A stretch of 64,000 nt of DNA from Rhodosorus marinus CCMP1338 (Eukaryota; Plantae; Rhodophyta): NCBI GenBank assembly GCA_029953675.1, contig JAMWBK010000010.1, forward strand, positions 682,001 through 746,000, given 5' to 3'. The position numbers were made by a program, and so were the translations under genes. The notes under the pieces were generated by a model, which worked only from the letters and a program-made list of their open reading frames with translations, did not search any database and had not been told where the DNA came from. Shown here one piece after another: positions 11,229 through 23,789 of this stretch. Numbering within the stretch: position 1 is the stretch's first letter; every line of letters starts with the position of its first letter.

Positions 11229-14200
11229 CTTGAAGGGATCCACTACCCGTTGACGCGGAAGCCTCAAGACTTAACACCCCATCACAGTGTCTGGTACTGA
11301 AGCTGAGACCCAGGTCGTGCTCAGCACTGTGAAATCAGAATCGAAAAGGCCGTTTCCCCAACCCAAAGAACAGCTGGTAGGGACCTTCACCATCCTCTCT
11401 AGTTCTAACTCAAACGCCGATCGGCTCCCCATTCAGTAGCCCATCATGAGGAGGCCGGTTCACCAGAAAAGCTCGATATGCGTTTACTCCCTCCAAAGCC
11501 GAAAGCGCGCAGAGCTTTCAACGTAGACAAATACTGTTGGGCAATTTCGAGGCTGAACCTGCAACTGGGCCTGAGTTTGTCTGGACCAACACGACAAGTT
11601 CGCAGGCGTGTTGTCACCTCAACTGCGACCTGTTTCAAGCTTCGGACGCCTAGCTGCTTGAACATGGGGCCTACGTGTGAGGCTACGTAATGATCTTGCC
11701 AGAGATGTGCTGACTACGCCCGCGCTTGGGTGGAACGGCTCGTGGACAGGTTGTCCTGTTGCGGAATGTTGTACTACTCGTACCGCCTGGGTTATTTGAG
11801 CACACAATTTTCTTTGGAAGGAAGTCAAAAGTAGAGCATCTGGCATGGCGAATCCTCGTCGAATTGGCAGTGTAGCACAGGCTTTTAGACCTGTCCAGGT
11901 TTGAGCACGTTTTAGTTGTACTAAAAAAAAAAGACTCCCGTCGGGTGTCCCACGGCGGGGGAAGGGGTGTGGCAAATGCGTGACTCCTACCTCATCAGTA
12001 AGCTACCTACTGAAAACTACTGGTAATGTCAAAGTTAGGAAGTGGCTACTCAAGAGTTGCCTCTCCGAAGCGTGCAGTTAATCTCTGCAAGAGCTTTGCT
12101 CAAGGCCGTAGGCTCGGAGTCCAGATGCCCATTGCTTACGGTGACTGCCTGGCCCCAATCCGATGAAGGTGGTCACGGCTCCCATGTAAAATCGAGTTCA
12201 TCCGTCGAACAGGTGCCAGGTGCGATATGCTGTCATGGCACAACAGTACGGTCACCTCGGGGAACTGCCTTCGTAGGTGATCGAGACAGAATCACCTCGC
12301 GCAGAATCGGACCCAGCGGGTCTCCTTGCTGTATCCCTGGTGCTAGTCAGACTGCGCCTGCTGTTGGGTCCCCTCGTGCCAACCCGTCTCAAGTGGTTGG
12401 AAAGCGCCGGACGGAGGGTATATCATCCGGTGGTAGGGCCGGACTTCCGGGGAAATACGAGCGACTGTCTGTCAAAGCGGTTGAATGCGATGTGCAGATC
12501 CAGGCGTAGGACCGCGGTTCCCGGGACGTATCCAAGCTCCTTCTGCGTGTGAGCAGATTGCCTGGGATGCTTTAGCAAGTTTGCCCCTGCTACATCCTCA
12601 GCGCTGCAGGCTCCTTAGTGCTATGTTGCACCGTGAGGACGCATGGTGGGGTTTCAAGGCTACAATTCGCGGGCTTTGTGGTCAACCCGAATGGGTTCCT
12701 AGTGCGGGAGAGTGGACCCAAACTCTGGAGTTCGTGATTCCTTATTAATATGCGAGTGTGGGCGGTGAGGAAGTTCAAATTTTGGGGAGGATGCAAATGG
12801 ATCCGAGGTTTACTTCCTGATGTTCCCGATTTACTCGGTTCTATTTTACTCAATGCTTTTTATTAGTCCCGAGAATCGTTATGAAAGATTTCGTCTGCCC
12901 CTTCGAGGGTTTGGAGCACCTTCAGCGCCACCTTGGCACGCTCACGCGTAACGGATACGTCCTCCGCAAATTTGGGACAATCAATAAAACACCAGAACAC
13001 CAATCATGCTGTTCTAATTTTTATTCAGTCATTAACACGTAGGTACTGGATAAAAGAACGTAAAATGAAAACACAGGAAAACTATTTTGCAAATATAAAT
13101 ATATATTATTTGAGATAATTCAAGATATACCAATCAGTCCAATGCACCTAGAATATCTCCTTGATTGTTGACAATTGATTCGGAGAGGAAATGGGTGAAT
13201 ATTGAAAGCTTTTGGATATTTTTGCTTATTCATCAGTTTGAAAAGTCAGAAGGGTAAGATTTCTGCAACGGCCAAAACTACTTGGATAAAATTTCATCTA
13301 TCTACTTAACATCTTGCATACTAACTTTTTTAAAAGGGAGGGAGAGTGAAGGTGACGGTAGTTGCGCATATATCCGAACATCAGAGTTCCCGAACTCTCG
13401 CAATGGGGCCAGACCAAAGAAATCATAACAGGAAAGGCAGCCCAACGAGTTTCCACAGACCGTTTCGATTCAATTGTTTCGTTTTTTCATCTTTTATTGT
13501 CAAGGTCCCGTTTCGGTAAAGTTTCAAGTCCATTTCTGTTACCCCAAAATTTATTTGTAAAAAAGTCACAGAAGAGGAAACCCATGAAAACATTGGCCAT
13601 ATCTGAAACAACCTGCCTGGCCACTTAAAAACAACTGCAAATTTTTTTTGGGAAGTCATCATTAATCATATTTGACCACCTCTTTTTTGCGCTAAAAAAA
13701 AGGTTCCATTCTTTCGTATAATAAATCCTCTTGCGAACAAGCCTTGCAGAAATTGGTCAGTAACATTGGACACTTTCCTATAGTTTTTTTGGCCAGAGTC
13801 TATATAATACTGCTCCTAAACGTGTTTCTAATATCCCATCAAAATCGATAGGCAATAGTGGACGTTTTTGGGGGTTTCGACGCACGAAGAGGTTCGTTCT
13901 TGTAACATTTGACCCTGTTTTTTTCCTCTTCGTTGGACCGGCACGAACAGTTTTAAACCCGGTTCTAAGCTGGCAATCCCCAAGATCGTAAGTAACATTG
14001 GATGGGTTTTGTTGTTGTTTTTCTGGCCCCGAGAACTCTTGAATCGCAAAAGTATTTATCGTTATTGTATTGAAAACGTTATCTTTTTTTTTGGTGATGG
14101 GAAAGAAGAGGATGAATTCATTGTTGAGGGAAGACGAGGGGTTTGTTTGTAAGGTTGTCGGGAGTGTGTGCGGGTGTGTGTGTGTGGGGGGGAGGGGGTG

Positions 14201-14471
14201 AGGGGAGGTGAGGGGAGGTGTAGGGAGATTTTGTATGGGAAAGGATCTATCTTCGTTTGTTGAGGGGGTGTTAATGACGGGATTTTTCTTTTGGTAGTTG
14301 TGCAGCGGAAGTTCTGTTGTTTCAAGAGACTGGTTTGGGTTGTTAAAGGTTTGGTTTGTGGAGTTGTCTCTTGTGGAGTTGGTGTGGAGCTGCGATCGAG
14401 GGTTTGCGTGGGAGGGCGGGGGGGGGATGAGGCAATGGTTTTTTGGGTAGGACAGGGATTCGTGGAGAAAA

Positions 14472-17400
14472 ATGGGTTTTAGAGATGCGCTAAGAGCGCC
14501 TGGGGCGCGAGTTGGGAATGCGGCGAAAGGTGTGACTGGGAGAGTGCCTGGGGTGCCGCGTAATGCTGCGGCTGCAGGTGGTGCAGGAAAGCAGGAGTTT
14601 AGTTTCCAGGTTCGCACAGATTGCAGGCTTGGTTCTTGGTTTTTGGGTTACAGATTTCAGACGTGCGCGAACTGAACAAAACTATTCGTTGATCCTTTGG
14701 TTGCCCTGCTGTTGTGGTGGACAGTTTGATATTGGTATAGGAGTCGTTGAGGGTCTGAGAGAGGGAACTTATGAGCTGAAGATCCACAGAGGCAATACCT
14801 CTGTCAACACAAAAAAGCATGTCGTGTCCGCCCGCGATGAAGGGAAGCCAACTAAATTTAATGAAAAACTAACTTTAACGTCTACGCTTCAACGCGACAA
14901 GAATTCTGAGCAATATGCTCCGAAGGAGTTTAAGATAGCTCTCGTATACTCTCGTGGTGGAAGGCAAAAGGTCTTCGGAGAGGTTTGTTTCAGCGAACGG
15001 CATCGTTGAACTGGTAATCCGGTCCATATGTCTCTTAACTGGAATTGATGTGTGATTCTTTGTACAGGGTGTTATTGACCTTAGCAAGTACGTTGGCGTG
15101 CCTTCCATGAGCAAAACAGAGACAATCGTCTTGAATCCGCAAAGATACAAGCTTTCGTCGGCCAGGATTACGTCAACATTCCTTAGTGCTGGCGCGAATA
15201 CCGGAAGCAATAGCATCGCCACAAGTGCTACGCACAATTCAATCTCAAGACCCTCCTTCGAGAACACCGGAAGAACGAGCGATTTCAAAGATTCTCCGAG
15301 GGGCTCACAGCGGGGGGATGACACATTCGACGACCTTGATATGGACGACCTGGACTTTAGCGCAACGTCGAAGAAGAAATCGTCGAAACTTGACATTGCG
15401 AAGGGAAGTGACACGAAAATGGCGACGAGCAGAGGATTCAATGCCAAGATTGTGAATAGCTCACCGACGGTCCGGGATAATACTAGCAGAAAGGACAGTC
15501 AAACGGTTAAGCCGGTACAGGCACCGGTGGCTCGTGGAACTTCAACTACGAAGGCCGGTGCAAGCACTGGATCCGGAAAGGCGGAGGTGAGTAGCGCAAG
15601 TACTGGAGTTAGCCTTGGGACGGCTGCCATGTTGAGGTCGATTTCCGGGCCAGACTCGTCTCGGTCTGCGGGTACGAAGGCGGACCAGACCAAGAACGTG
15701 CCGAAGAGTACGACCCTCGCTCCTGCCGCTGCTCGGGCTTCCCCTCGACCACCTCAGCAATACCCTTCTCCAAAGGTTGAGGAAAGTGTTTCCCAGATTG
15801 CAGCAAACGAGCCGATCACGAGCAGCATCGTTTCAAAAATAGCCAGCCCATCTGTCTCGGACTTGAAAACGAAGATCGCGGAGGCCAAGAGAACCACCTC
15901 ACCTCCGCCTCCTCTTATGAGTTCGAAGACTTCGCCCACTCCACTCAAACAACCTGCCGGAACCGTCGGATCGACAATGGCAACAGCCGCCGGTGGCGAG
16001 CAATCGACACAGGATCCGAAATCCAACTCGGAAACGGAAGCTATCCGCACCAGTGTTGGATCTGCTCGAGCTCTGCGAGCTGAGACCCCAATATCGAGCG
16101 CTGCTTCAGCAAAGGGGTTACGGGAGGTGTCTGCTGATAAGATAGATAAAGAAAACTCTACTCCGATGCCAGCCGGTCGAGTGGGAGCAATTGTGGGGTC
16201 TTTCGACGCATCGACAGCTTCACCCGCAGCAAAGAAGAACGAGGAGGCCGAGGAAAAGATCGTATCGAAAGTAGAACCAGAAAGACAACGGAGCGAGACC
16301 GAGCGAATCGCTGAACGAAATGTCGCAGCGGAGGGAAACGCGGTCGATACACAGGTCTCAGCAGTAGAAGCAACGGAGACCTGTGAGTCTTCCGATCAAC
16401 ATGAAAGAATGGATTCCACCGGTCACAGAAGTTCTTCCGTGTTCTCGTCTCTGTCTAACATTCTGAAGCCCGGAGAAGCTAACACGGACTCGCAGAAGAC
16501 AGAAGAAAAACCTCGCATAGCCACGAGCGCGGACTTTTCAGAGAGCGACAGTCCTGGGAAAACTGCCGAGCCCCGACTCCAGTCCACTTCTCGTGAATCG
16601 ACTTCTCGTGGAGCTGTTATTCTTGGCGCTTTGCCCGCGGCAGCGACCACATCGTCTCATTCGGAGAAGGACTGGAGAGTAGAATACGAAACCCTACTCA
16701 AGACTAGCGAAAGCCAGAAACTAGAGCTGGAGCAGCTCTACGCGGAGAGAGTGAAGCTGAAAGAGAGGAGTGCTGAGGAAAAGAGACGCATCCAGGAAAT
16801 GCGGGAGCAGACGGTGAACCCACTCGAGAGCACTGATGAACAGAAGCGCATTATCGAGGAACTTGAGCAGGAAAAAAATCAGCTTCTGGAGAGCAGCGAC
16901 GTGCAGAAGATCCATGCCGAGAAACTTGAGGAAGATAGAACGCAGCTCAGCAACAAGGTGGCGGAACTGGAGTCAGAAATCGTAAGTTTGAAGAATTCTC
17001 AGAAAGCGGAGCTCGCGACCGCCGCGGCGGCAGCAGCTGGAAGTGCGGCTTTGGTTACACAGCTGCAGCAAGAGGTAAGGCCGATTGACATGATCGCGTC
17101 ATGAGGGATACTTTCTGTGGTTCATTGGCTGAAGGTGGAGCATGGACGGACGCCCATTCTTTTGCAAGGTGGCAACGATGGAGAAGGAAAGGACAGCCAT
17201 GTCCGAAGGTAGTGAGCTCCAGAAGATTCATGCCGAGAAACTTGAGGAAGATAGAACGCAGCTCAGCAACAAGGTGGCGGAACTGGAGTTAGAAATCGTG
17301 AGTTTGAAGAATTCGCAGAAAGCGGAGCTCGCGACCGCCGCGGCGGCAGCAGCTGGAAGTGCGGCTTTGGTTACACAGCTGCAGCAAGAGGTAAGGCCGA

Positions 17401-18980
17401 TTGACATGATCGCGTCATGAGGGATACTTTCTGTGGTTCATTGGCTGAAGGTGGAGCATGGACGGACGCCCATTCTTTTGCAAGGTGGCAACGATGGAGA
17501 AGGAAAGGACAGCCATGTCCGAAGGTAGTGAGCTCCAGAAGATTCATGCCGAGAAACTTGAGGAAGATAGAACGCAGCTCAGCAACAAGGTGGCGGAACT
17601 GGAGTTAGAAATCGTGAGTTTGAAGAATTCGCAGAAAGCGGAGCTCGCGACCGCCGCGGCGGCAGCAGCTGGAAGTGCGGCTTTGGTTACACAGCTGCAG
17701 CAAGAGGTAAGGCCGATTGACATGATCGCGTCATGAGGGATACTTTCTGTGGTTCATTGGCTGAAGGTGGAGCATGGACGGACGCCCATTCTTTTGCAGG
17801 TGGCAACGATGGACAAGGAAAAGGTCGCAAGAACGGCTGAGCAAGATGCCCAGGGTAATACCCTGAGTCAGGCCAAGGCGCGCCTTGGAGCTCTAGAGAG
17901 CGAGAACTTTGAACTGCAGAGGAATTACAAGGAAACTGCTGCGTTGTATGCCGCCCTACAAGCTGAAGTAGAAATCTCGAAGGTGGGAACTGCTTGGTCG
18001 ACACACAGAAGGTTTTGTCGGGTGTCTAAGAGGGACTTTACCCTTCTGCTTTTTACAAACTGGACAGAAAATCACTTCCATTGATTCCTCCCCTCCATAT
18101 CGGGAGGACATGGGCACCATTGGACAAGATGACAGCGGAAGTGTGGAAAAGTCGAGCGTGACGCTTGACGAGGCATCTCTAGAGTACGAACTCGGGGAAC
18201 TGAGAAATGAGTTGGAAGTCGAGAGGGAGCAGAGGATGCAGATCGCAAGTGAGGTTGATGCGCTTCAAGCCAAGTTGAAAGTAGCGGAAGCGGAGACTGA
18301 AGAAATGAGAAGGCACATGGAAACTATGCGGACTGAGAGTCAAAAGCAACCGCCAGAACCTTCCGAAGTTGAATCCGATAAGGTGAACGAGAGCGGGAAT
18401 CATTGAACTTTCTCAAGCAAGACGCGAGTTGGCGATGGTTGAGCTAACTAATGCAAATCGTTGTACCTTCTCACGGCTCATATCGGTCAGGAATTGGACG
18501 CGATGGAAGAGCAGTTGCGCGTAGTGGAATCGGAGAAGTCCAATCTGGAGGAAGAGCTAGTCTCGTCGCGGAACACAATTTTCGAACTGGAGAAGGAGGT
18601 GCAGCAGTCCAAGGGCACTGTCGAAGGCCTACAAACCAGACTGGAGAGTGAGCATTGTTTTGGACAATCGAATTGATCAGGTCGTTGTTTCAGATATCTG
18701 AATGTCAACTTTCCACAACTACCCTCGTCTTTTCCTTCCACTACTTGCAGAGCAAACAGAGAATGAACCACCTGCTATCCATGCGGACAACAGCCCGCAC
18801 GTTCTAGGCGACCTCGTTGATAGCAAGCTACGATTGGCGGAGGTTCATGAGGAAAATTTGAGGCTCAAGCATTTGTTCCACAAGATGTACAGAACGGACC
18901 TGAAAACCGCCACGAAATTGGAAAAGAAGGTTCCTGAAATGGCTACCCACAGGCCTCCGAAGAGCGCAACTGTGAAATGA
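14472..18980 (+). CDS. NT-type C2 (EEIG1/EHBP1-like) domain protein with long low-complexity middle and coiled-coil tail
   Basis: Spliced N-terminus FSFQFDIGIG..KIHRG..TKFNEKLTLTSTLQ..YAPKEFKIAL..KVFGEGVIDLSKYV; 668-aa ORF 15098-17104; heptad-rich C-terminal exons ending LVDSKLRLAEVHEENLRLK. Confidence 0.85.
16905..17810 (+). repeat. Tandem triplication of a 316-bp exon+intron unit inside the NT-C2 gene
   Basis: ORFs 17101/17417 and 17142/17458 are identical with a 316-bp offset; introns 17075-17168, 17391-17484 and 17707-17799. Confidence 0.95.
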
Positions 18981-19182
18981 CTGAGACATCAACGCCAAAA
19001 CTCTCGCAGCTACTTCCTTGCGATGCGCACGCGGAGGACAAACTGTCATGCGGCAGTAGGGCCTTACACGTTCATGGATTTGAGGTCACAAGCGTTCATA
19101 CACGGCAGTTTTTGTTTGCGAATATCATGTGACTTATATATTTGTACAGAGAATAATTCTTCTTGAATGAAGCGAGAGTCAA

Positions 19183-19209
19183 CAAGAAGGGCCGTCTTGG
19201 CCCTTCTTG
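19183..19209. other. Perfect 11-bp hairpin (caagaagggcc-gtctt-ggcccttcttg) between two convergent genes
   Basis: Arms are exact reverse complements. Function unknown. Confidence 0.6.
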
Positions 19210-19443
19210 CCTGTCGAATAGCACTCCCAAAACGCTAGTCAGTAGACAGACTGATATGTGAAGGTTCGCTATCTACCCGCTTCGAACTGAATAGTGTTCG
19301 GCCAATCCGGCAGATATCGATGTCGTCGCTCTGGACGCATTCAACATTCGTCGGGATGCTTGGACTCTTCGGATCCAGCTTATCCTATACAATAGGAGTT
19401 ATACTTAATACACGATGAAGTTGTTCGCTGCAGGAAGGAAGAG

Positions 19444-20164
19444 TCAAGGAGACTTACTATCACTCGTTCCTGCAAGGGAATGAGGCATAGCGCCCTCCAG
19501 TAGTCGAAATTAAGCTCCCAGATCGATGTGGGGTGCTGTGCTTAACACCTTTCACAAGCTGCTGTCCTCGCGAGTTTGCTTGAACGATAACCCTGTTGAC
19601 GTCTATTTCACGTACCGACACAACAAGTCGGGAAGCGTCGACGCGCCAGCGGCCATCAACAAGGTACCTGTACTCATGGGTGCCAGGAGGAAGCCAGAGA
19701 ACAATTTCGAAGCCTTTCCCCTGAGAGGCTTTCAGCTGGAAGAGCCTTGTCCAGTTGTTAAAAGACCCTCCAACGGCCACTTCGTCTGCATAACCAGTCC
19801 AGACGAAACGGACGGGAACTCCCGTTGACATGCATGTCTGCTGCTTAGTCTCGGAATACTGTCGCGCTTTTCTCCTCGGCGGTGGTCGCCAGTCAAAGAC
19901 ACCTAGGGTAACTCGCCAACAGGAGGTTAGCGTTCGATGCATAGAGGATAGCTGTGGGCGTAGCACTTCAAAGTCTCTTTGGTAAACTCTTCGCTTGCAC
20001 CACGCGGCACCTTCATCCTCCAGTGCGGGCCCAAATTCCGGCTCCAGAGAAGTGGAAACTGGGGGGCAAGAGTGAACCACCAACCTCGCCGATGGGACAT
20101 AACTCTCCCTTTGCGCCCATGTACACGCTACTTCGACGGTCATTAAGTCACCGTACGAGTTCAT
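19444..20164 (-). CDS. CBM48 / AMPK-beta-type glycogen-binding domain protein
   Basis: VPVRFVWTGYADEVAVGGSFNNWT..FEIVLWLPPGTHEYRYLVDGRWRVD. A probable short 3' intron gives the ending KGTSDSKSP*. Confidence 0.8.
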
Positions 20165-20876
20165 GTCGAGATAAAGACCTCAAACCCCATTTTCCGTAAA
20201 CAGAACCGCAAAACGTAAGATCGAACCAACAACCCACATGAGAAAACAAACCGTCCTACTCGCACACCCCTAGAAACAAGGCTAACCGCCTCTAGACGCG
20301 CATGTCTACACCACCACCCTCTTCATCAAAAACAGAAAGAAAATACACCACCTCCTCCACGAACAGCGACTCTCCCAATCAAGCAAAACGGATCTCCCAC
20401 GCACGACTAACCAGACTATCCACTACATACCCCAGTACCAGCGAGAAAGAGAACAAATCACCCTCCCTAGACCATAAGCGTGTCCCACCCACCCCCCCAA
20501 CCCCCCAAAAGAAAGCAGGATCAAATCCCCTTCCCCCTCATAAAAGAAATTCACTTTAACGTAAAGATTCACTTATGCAACCCCCCGCCCAAACCGTATC
20601 GCCCCCCAAAAATTAAGTTTCCGCCCCCTCCCCCCTCCCCTTTCCTCGCTGCCTCCCCCACAGCCACCACCGCTTCTGCTCTAGGCAACGCTTTTTTCGG
20701 GGGTTAGCGACATGACCTCTCGATCGTGTTTTTTTTTTTTTGTTGTTGTTTTTGTTTCTCTCCTTTTACGTTAAGGTTTTGATGATGAGGTGTTCCGAGC
20801 TTTAGAGGTCCACTCTCGCGCTCTCTTGTCTCTGTCTCGTTCTCTCGTCTCTGGCCTGTTCGTTGCTCGTGCTAGG

Positions 20877-20878
<2 letters not shown>

Positions 20879-20908
<30 letters not shown>
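20879..20908. repeat. (AC)n microsatellite
   Basis: Uninterrupted AC run. Confidence 0.95.
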
Positions 20909-20910
<2 letters not shown>

Positions 20911-21325
20911 TAGGGTGCGGGAGGGGGTGGGATGGGTTGTTATCAACAATCGGGTGTTTATACTTAGCGATTACAACCCGGAGAGGAAGAAGGCAAGGGA
21001 ACGGGCCTCTAAGACCTAAGGCCGCACTAGAACGACACAACAAAAAGCTCGACGGGGACAGGAAACGCGAATGTTTCTCATCACGATCCCGAAAACAGTC
21101 CCGAAAGCCAGGTCGGTCGTCCCTGAGCTCTCGATGAATCCAAAGACCTCAATAGCAAGCAGCCTGACACACAGCCGATTGCAAGGGTTGGGAACGTTTG
21201 TGAGGGCCTCCTGCTACACCACCTCCTTAGCGGCGGCGAACAACCGTACCTCGCTCTCGCGTCGAAGAAGACAAAATAACGCGAGGGGAAGGGCCTGGAG
21301 GGAAGAGTCAAGTCTACGTCTGGTG

Positions 21326-22294
21326 AGACGCAATGTGGGGTAATTGCCCTTAAAAAGAAACTTTCATAAACCCCTCTCTCAACCTAAGCACCAACAAAAA
21401 AAACTGTATTCCTAAACCATACAACAAAAGCAGGACCCCTTTCCCCCCCGGCGCGCTTCCCTTTTCCCTCCACCAAAAAAAACAAAAATAAAAACAAACA
21501 AAGAGCTACAGTTTGTTGCCGCAGAAAAATTCCCCGGTCTAATTTTAATGAAAATTTCAAATAAATGGTTCCTATTTTCTAATCTAATAGGAAGTATTAT
21601 TCATTTCTAGTTTTCGAAACAAATTTCTGGGGGTACGCAACAGTGGGCGGAAAAAACAGTCTGTCCTTTAAAATTATGATCCCGTTGTCCAGTTTTTTTA
21701 CTTAACTAAAAAAAATTCGTTTAGAAAAAAAGAAGAAGATGTTGAGATTTTCGAGCTGAAAAAAAAACTAGAAGAATATAAATCAAAAACGTGTCTAGGG
21801 TTCGGCACAAAGAGTGAGAAAAGATGTGCGTTTGGTGGGGTTGTCATAAAATGTCTGAAAAAGGTTTATCAGACGTGTCCGATTAAGAATCGAATTCTTT
21901 AAAATATGGAATAGACGAAGAAAATTGGGTTGTATGTGGATAAAAAGCTTTCTTAAAACCTGTCATATTTGGAGTGCGTGGTTTGACACCGTTTTCGGGA
22001 GTTTTTTCGTTCACGAGCAGGGTATTTTCTTCGTTTTTTATTTGTACGATTTCGTGTACTAAACAATTTTGTTGGACGAAATATGACAACCGAGCCAGGG
22101 TTTTGTGCAAGTTGTCTTCTTTTCTGTAGAGCGAGAGGGGGGCGGGGGGGCGTGTGCAAGTTGTCTTCTTTTCTGTAGAGCGAGAGGAGGCAGACGCAAT
22201 GGGGGGTACTTGCCCTTAAAAAGAAACTTTCATAAACCCCTCTCAACCTAAGCACCAACAAAAAAAACTGTATTCCTAAACCATACAACAAAAG
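21326..22294 (+). repeat. About 104-bp direct repeat (21326-21430 and 22192-22294) flanking AT-rich DNA; 34-bp tandem copy at 22105-22138/22154-22187
   Basis: agacgcaatg..gcccttaaaaagaaactttcataaacccctctc..ccatacaacaaaag occurs twice with few differences. Confidence 0.9.
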
Positions 22295-22989
22295 GAAGCG
22301 GGGGTGGGGGCGTAGCTACGCCTGTTCCTGAGTGAATTTTGTTTAATCGGAGACTGAAAGAAGAAACCCCGAGGGAAAAAAGAAGGACTAAGCGCGGCGA
22401 AGACCGCGCGCCTCCAACATCAAAGCAGCGTTCATATACCGGTCAGCGAGGAAACTTAAAACGGGTAAACAAGGAGGACAGACGGTCAGGGCGTTCGTGG
22501 AACAATTCCCGAAGCCACCGAGAACCAGACGGAATCCATGAACCCAATACACTCAATGACCAGAGGTACCAGGAGATGTGCTAGAACCGAAGCACGAATG
22601 TCTGGGGAAGACAAAGCCCGCGCATAGTGAAACTCCTGCGACGCCTCATACGGGCAACGGCAATTCCACGGCTATTCCAAGGCAAGCGAATTTCCTCCAA
22701 TATACCCCCTGCTAAGTATTATATTGTATTATTTTGAGCGGGAATTCCAATTTTTGAGGGTGTTTGTTTCTACCCCTCTCCCGTATTTTCACTTTCCCCA
22801 TGGCTCGTTGAAAACGACGAGCATGCTCTCACCCTGTCGACTCAGTTTATTTCGGTTTTTTGGAGGGGTGGAGTCCGGTGGTTTTGGCGAGATTTCTTTT
22901 TGTCTTCATATATTGCTTATTCTAGAATAGTCTTGGTTTGATTTGTGTACGGTGCTCGTAATTTGCATCATTTGAAAGGATTTTGTTGG

Positions 22990-23512
22990 ACGGTAACTCG
23001 CTGATGAAGAAACCAGGAAAAAGCACCTCTGGATCGCTAGTGATGATTTACGGATCGCCAGTGGCCTAGCGATCCTGGAGGGCAACGATCGGTTCCCCAG
23101 TCGACCGCAGAGGCCGGATACCAAGCGCTCCCGGATATGCTTACGACCCATCGATGGGTTCAGGAGTTTTTGGAAGAATCCGGTAGGGCGACCAACGTGC
23201 CAATGGTCGCATACACGGACAAAAATTCGTGCTTACGCTGGGCGACAACCAGTGACTGCCGGATGTAACGACGCGTGTCAATGAAGCTACAATACGCACG
23301 TGAGAGATGCACCTCGGGCGAAGCGCATCTCTCACGTGCATATTGTAGCTTCATTGCATGCACCTCGAAGTGCAACTCAAATACCTTGGTACGACCGAGA
23401 TGATCGCGGAGATTTTCACGAAGGCACTGACCAAGGATCGGACAGCAACATTGACGTCCGGTCTTAGCGTCATAGAGAGAACTTCCCCTATGGCACAAGG
23501 GCGAGGGGGAGA
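22990..23512 (+). mobile_element. Decayed Ty1/copia RNase H domain followed by a polypurine tract
   Basis: With stops and frameshifts: GKSTSGSLVMIYGSPVA*RS, STAEAGYQAL..RWVQEFLEE, PMVAYTDKNSC, KLQYARERCTSGEVQLKYLGTTEMIAEIFTKAL. PPT gagggggaga at 23503-23512. Confidence 0.85.
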
Positions 23513-23513
23513 T

Positions 23514-23789
23514 TGGACGGTACTGACCTTGCGCCCTTGGCATAGTTGGAAGGTCAGGTCAGATAGCTTAGCTAGGATAGTATATTCAGTGTATAGATAG
23601 TATACCCGAAGTAGAATCATTGAGCGCCTCACAATAGCCAGCCTTGCATTGGCAGGCATTGATTACGCTAGTCTGGGGTTACCCCGGGACAGGGAAACAA
23701 TAAAGACGGTACCGAAGTTTGGAGAAATACAACGGAGGTCAAGTATTTCTGACAGGCTCATGCCTGGATTTGGACTGGCTGTGGGTCCA
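23514..23789 (+). mobile_element. Possible 3' LTR of the copia relic (TG...CA, tggac...gtcca); right end uncertain
   Basis: Starts with TG directly after the PPT+T and contains aataaa. No second copy in the window. Confidence 0.3.

Noticed and set aside
11960-12030. CUGAUGAG on the minus strand (hammerhead ribozyme core)
   Set aside because: No stem II closed by GAAA and no compatible NUH site downstream. Other CTGATGA hits in the window also lack the fold.
13778-14617. 279-aa minus-strand ORF
   Set aside because: Mostly antisense to the NT-C2 gene start and its G/T-rich upstream tract; the P/T/H/N-biased composition is a skew artefact.
16905-17810. Regularly spaced repeats as a CRISPR-like array
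   Set aside because: The units are fully repeated 316-bp exon+intron blocks with no unique spacers, in a eukaryotic gene.
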